A stretch of DNA of 63,985 nucleotides, filler included, from Ionaspis alba (Eukaryota), in the NCBI GenBank assembly GCA_964255285.1. It is 3 parts of 3 records of this genome, joined end to end, with 100 filler letters (N's around TTAATTAATTAA, not from the genome) between each part and the next. Parts side by side here need not be neighbours in the genome. Positions count along the whole stretch, not along the records: positions 22,386 to 44,658 come from CAXUUL010000211.1; positions 44,759 to 63,985 come from CAXUUL010000272.1; 1 more part is not named here. One strand, 5' to 3'. The translations under genes were made by a program, and so were the position numbers. The notes beneath the pieces are model-generated. The model worked only from the letters and a program-made list of their open reading frames with translations, was not told where the DNA came from and ran no database searches. Position 1 is the first letter of the stretch. The number at the start of each line of letters is the position of its first letter. Below, in pieces: positions 38,722 to 51,316 of this stretch.

Positions 38722-39816
38722 ATGTCCGCGAAAAAGATGGCTCAAGATTCAATCTCTTTGGCTAGCCGGGTCAAGGTAATTCATGGGCTCAAATGATCTG
38801 ACAAATTACTTACATCAAAAGCTACCCAATGGCGCGACCATGCCGCGTATCCACCTAGGAGTCTATATGACCTCAGGCAAGGAAACATCGAACGCAGTCC
38901 GATGGGCTCTAGAGGTAGGCAAATCCTCCTCAAAGCGCAGCACCTTCCGTACTAGAAGCTTACGATGATATGCAGACGGGTTATCGGGCGTAGGCCATCT
39001 GCACAGCGTCCCTCCACAAAATACCCTCGCTGACATTCCCCTTCCACAGCGTCGACTCCGCACAAATGTACCACAACGAGCACGAAACCGGCTCCGCGAT
39101 CAAAGCCTTTCTCTCCAGCGCCGCCAACACCGACAGGCTTGAGCGCAAGGACATCCATTTCACGAGCAAGCTTGCCTCGAACACGAGCTATGACCGCGCA
39201 CGCCAGTCAATTAAGCAGTCGGTCAAGCAATGCGGCTTGGGCTATATTGATCTCTTCTTGCTGCATAGTCCGTATGGAGGAAAGGAGGCGAGGCTGGAGA
39301 GCTGGAGGGCCGTGGAGGATGCAATCGAGAGTGGAGAGGTGAGGATGGGCGGTGTGAGTAACTTTGCGGTCAAGCATGTAGGTACATTGGATGCAGCGAC
39401 TTCGCTGCTAAGGCTAACGGAAGCAGTTAAAAGAATTATTAGCATCGAAACCAAAGGTACACCCAGCGGTCAATCAAATGGAGGTTCATCCGTTCAATAC
39501 TCAGCTGGAGATTGTCAATTTTTGCAAGGAGAACGATATCGTGATCGAGGCGTATGCGCCACTGGCAAGAGCCATGAGAAAGGATCATCCAGTGATTAAA
39601 GAGCTGGCGAAGAATTACGGGTGTTCATGGGCGCAGCTGATGATACGCTGGAGCTTGCAGCATGATTATGTACCACTTCCAAAAAGCGTCACTAAAGAAA
39701 GGATTGCCTCCAATGGGGATGTTGGGTTTTTTGAGATCGAGGAGAAGGATATGAAGAAGATGGACGGTCTGGACGAACGTTTGGTGACCGATTGGGATCC
39801 GATGGATGCTGATTGA
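38722..39816 (+). CDS. Aldo-keto reductase; 4 introns including a 14-nt micro-exon (38976-38989)
   Basis: Spliced product ...[15 protein letters not shown]...[18 protein letters not shown]...FTSKL...[10 protein letters not shown]...GVSNF...NQMEVHPF...PLPKS, with the catalytic D/Y/K/H tetrad. Start at 38722 or 38737. Confidence 0.93.
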
Positions 39817-40176
39817 GGTGATGAGGGTTTCCTCCGGTTCAGATTTTGGAATTCGTTGATATGATTGTCTGGTCCTCCAGAGGTTTGGTGGTTTGAAGCA
39901 ACCAGACTTTACACCCCAGTGCGGATTAACGGTAAATATGCCGCCGAAGCTGGTGTTTCCTTACGTGTTATCTGATAGGTTTAGTAGCTGTGACAATGTA
40001 GGGGAAGAAACCAAGAATCAAAAAAGTTGCCCTGACCAAGGACATCCTATTTGAACTGGATCAATTTTTGTATGAGACCTGCAAAACAAGTCGCAGCAAT
40101 GATTCATATCAAGCAATCAAATAATCTCTCATGGAAATAAGTCATCGTATAATTGTTAGGCGCAACCCACGGCTTA

Positions 40177-40389
40177 CTTATCTTAACCAATCAGAAGGTA
40201 CCTAAGTTACACGAGAGCAAAGAAAGCTATTATTCTTGAAAAGAGGGAGAGCACCGGGTTCTACTTTTCCTGCCAACAATTCCACGCAATTAAGATCGGC
40301 CCTGTATCGGCCCGATCTATCATCAAGACCAAACTAGCTAGTAACATCCTTATCGTGACTTCCGCAGATAAGAAATTTGTTTAGCCAAT
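40177..40389 (+). promoter_or_regulatory. GATA (AreA/NIT2-type) and CCAAT elements upstream of NADP-GDH
   Basis: TTATCT 40178, CCAAT 40187, CTATCA 40317, CTTATC 40349, AGATAAG 40366, CCAAT 40385. Confidence 0.55.
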
Positions 40390-40752
40390 TCGATCAACAT
40401 CGGGGGGTTCCTGCCTGTTGCTGCAGCTCCACTGAGGCTTCACACCATGGCCACAACGAGCGATAGCCTACGCAGTACAGATCTCGCGCATCCGCTTATG
40501 GAGCTCACGACCGGGCTAGCTTGTGATAGCCCTGCTCTGCGTCATGATCGTGCTGCTGAGTGCAGGAGCTCCCATCCCGGCGGTGGGGGTGCAATCTTTG
40601 CTTGCTTTTCCATCTCGATTGTATACATAACTATGTAAACCCATGTACATCGATAACTGCCTCGAGAATAAATATCGAAACCATCTGTCATTGATACTTG
40701 ACCGTTCCCAAGACAAGAAGCTACGAAGTAAAAGCACACTTCCACTTCCATC

Positions 40753-42371
<1,619 letters not shown>

Positions 42372-42473
42372 ACGCATGGTGATATCCCAGAGAAGGACAT
42401 TTTTGTGGACGAAGGAAGGTTATGACGGAGCCTGTGACATAGATTGTGGCTGAGGAAATTGAAAATTGTATGC

Positions 42474-42930
42474 TCAAATGTCCCGAAACCACCCATGGGC
42501 CAAAGCCTCATGCACTGTGAGCCTCTTTGCTGGGTCAAAGTTCGTCAGACCACCAACAAGATCTTTGAACGTTGGCTCAACGTTCTTCCACAAAGAGAAC
42601 GGCTTACGCGGGTTGGCCGCGTTGAAGCCGTCGCGAAGAACTTTGAAGACGTCGCACCAAGGACTGTCGCCGAGATGCTCCAAGAGCCCATTCAGTCCGT
42701 CCTCGTCCGCAAAATATGATATCTGCCGCTCAAGGACGACGGATAAGAGCTCCTCACCTTCGGCCAGCTCCTTTCGGTCAACGGCGAATATGACCCTTCT
42801 AAGCAAGGCGTAAATGCACTATACGAAAGCAATAGTGAACAACCACCCAAGAAGTCGGGGAACGCTTGAGAACTTACAACGATACCGAAAGAGAACATAT
42901 CGGAGGGCTTATTAACGCGTGCTTCGCAGC
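42474..42930 (-). pseudogene. 5'-truncated Ser/Thr protein kinase remnant (subdomains IX-XI only), retains intron 42819-42877
   Basis: RVNKPSDMFSFGIV|CIY (subdomain IX) and FKDLVGGLTNFDPAKRLTVHEALAHGWF (subdomain XI). No Gly-loop, HRD, DFG or APE-like sequence is visible upstream, where the DNA turns AT-rich. Confidence 0.72.
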
Positions 42931-43916
42931 GACGACTTGAAAAGACCGTCCAATATTGGATGGCTATATCGCCGTTTCGTGCAGCTTTCTCGCATTCTTT
43001 TTTTAGAAAATACAATTCTACTAGTTAAATTACAGGTATGTAAAGATACTAGAATAGTTGAGTCTGCTGTCAAAGCCTGCTGCCTGAATTAAGCGCCCGG
43101 ATCAGAGTTTTTCCGAAAGAAGGAAGGGTCTGCTATTATAATCAGGACCAAGGCGTTGTTCTTTAAGCGATCGAAAAAGACTTGGCGCTCGAATCTGGCG
43201 CCAGCCTCGCTTCTGATCGCCCAACAGATCATGTCTTAGTTATGCACCGCATAGCCAGTGCAAAGGATGATGACTCGACTGAATATTGGGTCGCGATTCA
43301 GGTGCACAATAAACAACGCCGCAAAATACATTATTGCCTGCTCCCCCATGGCTCTGAGGCTTTTAGTGACGACGAGTATTGGAGACACAGTGAGACCTTT
43401 AAAATCCCAACGACTTGATCTACAACAATCCAACTAAGTCATACTCCGCATAACCCCCTTCCCACCTTGTATCAGCATTCAGACCTCGCAGCCTTCCGTT
43501 ACGCAACCGCTCCAGCCGCATCACCTGCTGCATCTTGCGGTCGTAGTTGGAGACTCACCACATAGATTTGTAAAACGCAATGTCAAACACAACATTATGT
43601 TAGATTTAACCGTGATATAGGATCGCGTATAAAAAAAAAATTTATATACTACAGACTTCTCCAGCAACCCCGTTCCAGAGCCATTCAATATTCTACAACG
43701 CTCCAAGAACTGTGTTCCGGGCTTCGACCATTTTACTTTTCGTAATTTTTGTTATATTTTTAGAGCTGCGCTCTACCTCTTTTCAATTAATAAAAATTAC
43801 GTTTTTTGTGAGCATTTGGTAAACCAGCGTTATGCGTTATCTAGTTTTTTTTTTTTTTTTCGCTGCAGGTTCGTTTTCGTATTATTGTACCGACCAAGCT
43901 TTTTGATCAAAACTGA

Positions 43917-44658
43917 TTTTACTGTTATATAGTATTTGCTTTTCCCAGTTTCCAAATCAACAATAACCCCCTCCTGCGCCATACAAAAGCCGTTCCAGCA
44001 AAGGCCGTTCCAGCAAAAGGTTCCTCGGAAGGGCCCAAGGGCAAAGCCTCCGTTCGAGAAGTGGATCGTACGAACGTCGGATCAAATACCAAGCCACCAC
44101 AATCACAAAATATTCCAGTATCAAGGCCGAGTCCTCGGGCTGTTCCAGCACAAGGCCGTCCACCATCATTAGGTCTTTCTCCATCGCCAGCTGCTGTGCA
44201 TGTATCAATGCGGTTAGCCCCTCTAGCACAAGTCCCCCCACCAACAGCATTCACTCCAATCCCACCTCCGATGCACCCACCATTCTTAGCCCTTGCAGCA
44301 CCAGGCTCTCGAAGACCAGCCACTTTAAGAGAATCCCACAATTCACAAAAAAGAGGGAAACCAGCTCCGTCTTCACGTTCTGGACAGCCACGACCAGCAC
44401 AAAAGACTCCACTTCCTCCGCCCCCAGCTCCTGTGCGCCTACGACCGTGGATGGATCCTGCAGCACAGGGTCTTCCAGGAAATGCATTTCCAGCGCAACA
44501 GGTTCCAAGACTAGGCATTTCAAGATCCAGCAGTATAAAGAAAAGAGGAACTGGAAATTCAAAGCCAGCAAAAGGCGCTCCAGCAACACGGCTATCTACG
44601 ATTGCTGAACGTCTTCCAGGTTCTTCAGGTTCTTCAGGTTCTTCAGGTTCTTCAGGTT
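43917..44658 (+). other. Stop-free low-complexity Pro/Ser/Arg-rich reading frame running into the scaffold end
   Basis: About 247 codons open, with many CCAGCA repeats and a terminal 9-nt tandem repeat. No recognisable domain. Confidence 0.35.
44617..44658. repeat. 9-nt tandem repeat (CAGGTTCTT)n, truncated by the scaffold end
   Basis: About 4.7 perfect copies directly before the N spacer. Confidence 0.9.
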
Positions 44659-44758
44659 NNNNNNNNNNNNNNNNNNNNNNNNNNNNNNNNNNNNNNNNNN
44701 NNTTAATTAATTAANNNNNNNNNNNNNNNNNNNNNNNNNNNNNNNNNNNNNNNNNNNN
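44659..44758. other. Artificial scaffold-joining spacer N44-TTAATTAATTAA-N44
   Basis: Same construct as 22286-22385. Confidence 0.95.
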
Positions 44759-45456
44759 GTATGGAGGGGGGTATCAGTATGAGAGGGATCGGAGGGGGGG
44801 TGCGAGTGAGGGGATTTGTGCGGGGTTGTTTGGGGCGTTGGCTTGTTGCTGTTGTTTGGATTTTTTGATTTAGATGGATTATAAGCGGGTCGCGGAGGAG
44901 GGGCTTCGATTCTGAGGAGAAATGGGATTTGAACATGGTTATGGTGGCTGTGAATTGCGTGTGGTATTGGAGAGAGGGGAGCATGGGTAGAGCGTGAGGA
45001 CCTGGTTACTGGTCGAAAGATGCATGCATTTTGTATTATGTTGTTCCATTATACTGTACGGTATCGTGTGGATTGTGGACTTCGCAAGTGTCTTTTGATG
45101 GTGGAATCTGGAAATGTTGTTTTGCGAACACTAATTGCTATTACATGAGGATATGATAATGCCAACTTTACAGACTCTTTTAAGGCTCACGAGCCCATTG
45201 TGAATCCACTAACACACTGGTACGGAGTTGAGCTGTTGTAGATGAGCCGCAAATTTTAGGTCCAGAGGGGAAAACTATGAGTCTCACTCGACTTTTCGTC
45301 ATCTCAGGTGATAACAATAGTATCGTACACTTATTTTCAAGACAGATCAAAAATCTTGGAAAAGCATACCGAGCAATAGTCTGGTATCCTAGCCAATGCA
45401 TCAAGCTATATCCTTTCCCTTCTTTTAGATGTGACACCCCCAAATCCAACTTCTTG

Positions 45457-48313
45457 CTATGCCTCAACCTCAGCATCCAACGCCCCATTAAGCTTCACAC
45501 CACCCGACTCCGTATCACTTTCACTCTCCTCATTTGAAAGGTCCGCTTCCATATCAATCGCCTCCTCTGTCTTAGTCTTCTCCTTCGCCTCCTCAGCACC
45601 ATTCGTCCTACCCAGGAAGCGATCTTTCGAGTGATCCATGAGTGGTGTATCTTCGTTGTACAACCTCAAGAGCATAGCCTTTCGATCCTCTTTCGGCAGC
45701 ATGAGGTTGAGAGAATGAAGACTGCGCCAGAGTGGAAGGACCATTCGTTCACTACGCTCAGTCAGTAAGATACTCTTGCAGCTTGTAGCACATAGTTGAA
45801 TTGGCCAACCGGAAACCATCTTCTCCCTCACTCGTCTCCACTCTCAGGATACAGCAACCCATCGTAATATCCCTAACCCTCTCGCCAATCTCACCCAGCT
45901 CCTTCCATCCCTCCCCATCAACCTTGGGAAACATCTCAACCAGAAGACTCCGTAACGTTTTCCTGCTATGCAGTCTCACCACCCGTTCCTCACCAATCCA
46001 TGTTTCCAATATCGGTAGCCCATCCGTCTGTATCCTCCATCTGCATACATCCTCTTTCTGGACATCTTGCTTCACGAACATCTTAACACCGCAGTGGACG
46101 AATTTCAATCCTTTACCTTCATTTTCAGTCAAAATACTCCGTGCAAGAGCCGAAGTGTAGTAAATCGTCTTGGCGGGATTTCCACTGGCGTTGCGAACCA
46201 TGAAACGATCTCTAGGAAATCGAGGATGAAGATGGTAGAAGTCGTAGATTGTCTTAAGCACGTCATGGTCTGAATCGAGGTATTTGAAGGGCTCCTCGAA
46301 GGGTTGGTTGTTCCGTTTCTTCATAGGATTTGATGCAGGTGGCGTAGGTTCTGGTGGCTCTGGAGCTTCAGGACGAGTGATATCCAATTCTGCGCCAGGC
46401 GGTGGCGGATAATGCACCTGCCTATCCTCAAGTCCTCGAGGCGCGGCTTCGTCTACCTCGTCCCGGAATTTTGGTCGCTTGACAGACATTTCGGCATCTG
46501 CTATGTCGTCCAGCTCTCGTTTCCTGTTCGATATTAGTTCAGTGGGTGGATTCTCTTTATTCTGTCTTGCCGCAGCCGAGGGATTCTCGACTTCGCCATC
46601 ATTCAGCTGGGGTGGTGCTATGTCGTCAAGAGATTCTATGTGTTCCACAGGATTCGCGCCATTTGCAGGCTGAGCCTCGATTTCGTCGACAACGGCAAGT
46701 ATTGACGTCTTAGGCTCGCTTTTGGCCAGCTCTGGCTCAGCAGCTTTGGTCTCTCCTTCTTGACGGACTTTGAACTCCGTCTTCTTCTCTAGAACAGTGA
46801 TGAAAAAGCCTCCAGTGTCCTGTAGGTGGGAGTAGACCCGCATACATCTCTCCAACGGTATATCTTCAGCCGGGCTCGATTTTTTGGGTGGGAACATGCC
46901 ATCGACAAGCTTTCCTAGCCCCTCGATACCTTGGTCGTTCTTCACCTTCTCCACCTCATCCCAAGAGCGCCACATCTTACCTTGCTTGTCCATTACTTTC
47001 CATGTCTTTAAGCCGGATCGACGCTGGAGCTCAGGGAGAGCTGGACTGCAGTCCACAAGTGTTACTTTACTCAACCCTCCACATCGTTCGATCGCCGTGG
47101 CTACCACTGCTTCATTTTCCACTGGATTCATGCTACATGTAGAGTAGACGACCCGTCCTCCCGGCTTGAGCATCTGTAAGGCCCGCACAAGTATCCGCAC
47201 TTGGGTGGGAAATAGCCCCATGGCATTTCCAGGGTTCCAATCTCTCCAGACATTGATATTCTTTCTGCAAGTTCCATCTCCAGAGCACGGTACGTCGGCC
47301 AGAATTCGATCAAACTTGAGATACCTGCCTTTTGCATTTCCGCCTCGAGATGCCGTGTCGGACGGTAATTTGATCGAAGGATAGAATGTAGCATCGTGAT
47401 TTGTGACGATCAGATTAGGAGAATTGAGGCGCTTCATCTGATGAATGAGCATATGAGCTCGTTTGTAATCCACATCATTGGCAATCAACAACCCGGTCGT
47501 TCTACCGTCATCTGACCAGTCGCCCTTCTGCCCCTCTTCCTGCATTTCATGCTTGATCTCATCACCGTCCGGGCTAATTTCTCTTCCTTCTTCCTGCTTG
47601 ACCTTGCGAAGTACCTTGCGGATGCGAGCTTCTTCGCCTCCATGTACCATCTCGATGAGTTGAGCCGACTTGCTCCCCGGTGCGGCACACAGATCCAAGA
47701 CTGTCATGCCCGGGCGGATGTCCATGAGTAATGGTGGTATCATGCTGACGGCTTCCTGCCTGCTTATATTTCCAACAGTTGTCTCTGACACCAGGAATTT
47801 CTGGAACGAAGCAAACGGGGGAAATCGTCGGACGACAGCTTTCGGGGTGGTCATTTGCCATGCCAATTGATCTGGGTACCATGGCAGAGGCTTGGGAGGA
47901 TCGACTAACTCGTCGTTGTGTCGTATGGATGTGATTTCCGGGATGTAGTGATCCTTCAGCCGTTGTTGCACAGGTATAGCATGTCTTCCATGGTCATTAG
48001 AAAAGAACATGATACGCAAGAAGAACTCATGCGCACCCTTTAGATCCAGTGAAGCGAAAGCTATTCGGAAGTTCTCGGCGAAGAGCAGCCCAAAAGTCTG
48101 CTCGTTCGTTCTCATCGACGATTGCAATTTCATTGTAATACTTCTCGTAGAGCTCGTTCTGCTTCGGGACGTCCTGGTAATCAGCTCTCTCGGGCCTTGG
48201 CCCGCTTCGGCCTCTCCCTCCTCGACCCCGAAACTAAATGCACGGATCAGTAGAAGCCCTACCCGTTCTGGCTTCATGGACGTACTGACTTTGTTGCCTC
48301 CACGTTTACCCAT
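45457..48313 (-). CDS. NCL1: tRNA (cytosine-5)-methyltransferase Ncl1/Trm4 (NSUN2 family); 3 introns
   Basis: GNISRQEAVSMIPP, VLDLCAAPGSKS, FDRILADVPCSGDGT, YSTCSMNPVENEAV, DTGGFF. Introns at 48234-48289, 47985-48036 and about 45755-45810. Confidence 0.96.
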
Positions 48314-48932
48314 ACTGCGTGAACTTGCAAACAGAGGTTGCTTCTCAAACAATGGAGGAATGGTGACGAAGCTCAATTATCATTAGTGGAGAGATGAAAT
48401 TTAGAGCTCCCCCGGTTCTTGGCACTCTTAGGCGAGAACCCGCCAATCTTAGCGTCGCTGATTAGGGCCGTGGGGGGCTTGCGGGAAGATATCGCCCCTG
48501 CATACGAGAACTTTTGGTTGGCATAAATCGTCTGTGGTTGTTACATTGATCCCAGAAAACTGCTTACCACGATAACACGCACAAAGCAACAAGTACATAG
48601 GTTGTTGAAGAGGATCTACATATGTTCTTGCTACTGTGCTGACCCCCACGATGCCACTACGCCAATATGATGCCCTCACAGTCCGTTCACCGACGGGAGT
48701 CGGAACCTGATGTCAACAACCTCGGCTTTATTCCGCGGGGATCCGCAAGTACCTCCTGACCCCGCAGTACCGTCAGCCGGTGAGAATATATACACTAGAA
48801 TCAAACCCTTTTCTTTGTATAAATCTGTCTTTCTACCACCGTCCTTGCTCCTATATCCTCCACAGTTGTTGAGCTTTCACCCACGCTCGCTATTTGACCC
48901 GTTTACAGTGGAAACACTAGGACGAGACCACA

Positions 48933-49926
48933 ATGCCTCCTCCATCTGCTACAGAACCATACAGATCGGATGATGTTCCCTCCACTAAAGCTCCTTTGGA
49001 GCCCGGCTTGAGCGAGAAACAAGCCAATGTCCAGATGCCCAGATTCCCCGGTCCACCCAAATTCGACGACAAGTACGAAGAACGGGAATATCTGAAAGGG
49101 CGCCTGGCCGCAGCGTTTCGCATCTTTGGCAAATACGGTACCGAGCCATTTCTTATTGGAAGAGGGATTCTCGATGATTGAACTACTTTAGGCTTCGATG
49201 AAGGAGTAGCAGGGCATATCACTCTCCGCGATCCTGTCGACCCGAGCACTTTCTGGGTCAACCCGTTCGGAGTTTCTTTCAGCCTAATCCAAAAAAGTGA
49301 TTTGATACAAGTGGATCATAGTGGGAAAATCATCGACGGAGGTCCTGTCAGGCTTCTCAACGCTGCGGCCTACATGATTCATAGTGCCATACATTCCGCA
49401 AGACCGGATGTTATGTGTGCCGCCCATAGTCACAGTATTTACGGGAGAACTTTCTGCACTCTTGGTCGGAGTCTCGATATCATCACACAGGACTCATGTG
49501 CATTCTACGACGTAAGACTTTCCTTGGTTTCTCACAAGTGCAAGACTGACGCGGATTTTCTTGCTATAGGATCACGTACTTTATACAGCTTTCAATGGCA
49601 TAGTCCTAGCCGAGAAGGAGGGTAAAGATATAGCGGGCTGCCTTGGCGACAAGAAAGCCGCATTGCTACAGAACCACGGGCTTCTGACAGTCGGTGGCAC
49701 GATTGAGGCAGCCGTCTTCTGGTTCCTCAGTCTCGAGAAATGCTGTCATGCACAACTCATGGCGGACGCTGCTGCAGGGGGAAAAGGGGGTACCACTTGT
49801 AAGATTGGCAATGAGGAGGCTGCTTTTACCTACAAGACAATAGGCACACCAATAGCCGGATGGTTCAGTGCGAGACCTGAGTTCGATAAGATAGAGAAGG
49901 AAACTGGGGGAGAGCATTTACAGTGA
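48933..49926 (+). CDS. Class II aldolase/adducin-head domain protein; 2 introns
   Basis: RLAAAFRIF, EGVAGHITLRDP, IHSAIHSARPDVMCAAHSHS (metal-binding His), LLQNHGLLTVG. Confidence 0.92.
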
Positions 49927-50505
49927 GCTGTGCTGAGCGCCCACAGCCTACCAAAAAATAGGATTGTGGATACACTGCATGCCGGAGTTTTGCGACTGTT
50001 GAAAAATTGCTATCGTTCGAATTGGAACTCGGTTGTCCCTATCTTCAAGGAGTCAGGTTTTGGGTGAAGTGATAGGAGGGAATAGTCACGGAATTAATGC
50101 ATAGCTATCATCCATTGCCATTGACAATGATTGAATATCATTGTTTGTGGTCTTTACACGACCTCAATCACCCAGAAGAAGAATGACATTATTGTGCGGT
50201 ACCGAATGCTGCAAATTGATATGAAGCAATGAAGCGCCGCTCCCTCGGTCCGTCTTCCGTGTCGCCGGAGTCAACTTTCTCAACGCGCTAGATGATAAGT
50301 AGCGAAAATGGAGAGCATTAAGCGATACAGGATGTTGAGAGCCAATGTCTATTTGAGGAAATGCCGTTGACTATCAAAGCATCTCTCGTAAACAAATCCA
50401 GAGCAGAACTTGGATCGGATGATACCCAACCTCAACCTCCTCAACTCTTCTGATTCCTTTAAGAACATTGAGATCACCTCGTCCTACCACCAGTCTCCTT
50501 CCCTT

Positions 50506-50766
50506 CTATTTCTTCTTTAAACCCAATGGATTACTTGTCGTCGAACTCCGCGCTCCATTAGCCTTTGTTGCATCCTTGATGTAATTGCCGTAATCCTTAG
50601 TCCCATCGCCCCAGCCACGAGTGGTATTTCCCACGCTTTTAGCAACACCGCCTCCAGCCCCACTAATCCCATTTCCCACTGATTGAACAGCTCCACCTGC
50701 TGCGTTGCCAGCCGTGGACACGGCGTTGTTGACGGCTCTGGTAATGAAGTTGTCGTTTGGTGCCAT
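50506..50766 (-). CDS. Small Gly/Ala/Asn-rich protein of unknown function (86 aa)
   Basis: ACCATG start context. MAPNDNFITRAVNNAVSTAGNAAGGAVQSVGNGISGAGGGVAKSVGNTTRGWGD...SNPLGLKKK, with periodic Gly/amphipathic pattern. Confidence 0.7.
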   Translation of the reverse strand: MAPNDNFITRAVNNAVSTAGNAAGGAVQSVGNGISGAGGGVAKSVGNTTRGWGDGTKDYGNYIKDATKANGARSSTTSNPLGLKKK

Positions 50767-51316
50767 GGTGTTGTTTGACGAGAAATTGATTCCGCTTGAC
50801 AATGCGTATGTGGTTTGTGCTCTGTGAGACGATCTGCGTGCGATAGAGGATGAGAAGATTTGAATCAATTGAAGCTATGAGAAGATAGCTGAGGCGAGGA
50901 GACGAGATACCAGGGGTGTCGACTCGATAAATAGTTGAAAGCAAAGTCAAAAGCTTTTCTATATCTATGCGTAAGTAAATGTGGTCGTGTTCAGGTTTTC
51001 GACGGCCGATAGGGACAAAAGTCTGGAACGTCAACAATGACGTCGTTAGACACCCAAGCGAGCCAAGAGGCAAAGCTCGACCAGGGTGCAGCTAAGACAA
51101 ATCGGTCTAGCTCCAAATGTAATTATCCTTTCCGCGTAAAAAGTTCCGCAGAGGATGTGAAGGCTCATCTTTGACAAGCATATCGTCAAGAACAGACGCA
51201 GAAGAGCATTGCGAGACTCCTTTCACTAGTTCTACTGATTGTCTGCAGGTGCAGTTGTCTCCACTATCCTCTTCATATCACTGTTGCTACAATCGGTCTC
51301 AGAAGCATCACGGTCC

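Noticed and set aside
42946..43860. Helitron termini (palindrome plus CTAG at 43021 or about 43841)
   Set aside because: The hairpin-to-CTAG spacing is wrong for the first, the second has no convincing hairpin, and no Rep/helicase motifs are present.
44759..44984. Minus-strand ORF running into the spacer
   Set aside because: Short, low-complexity and truncated. It could be a gene start but cannot be supported.
51135..51169. RRPE/PAC-like motifs upstream of MSS116 (and near 48390 for NCL1)
   Set aside because: Only partial matches to short yeast motifs, not distinguishable from chance.
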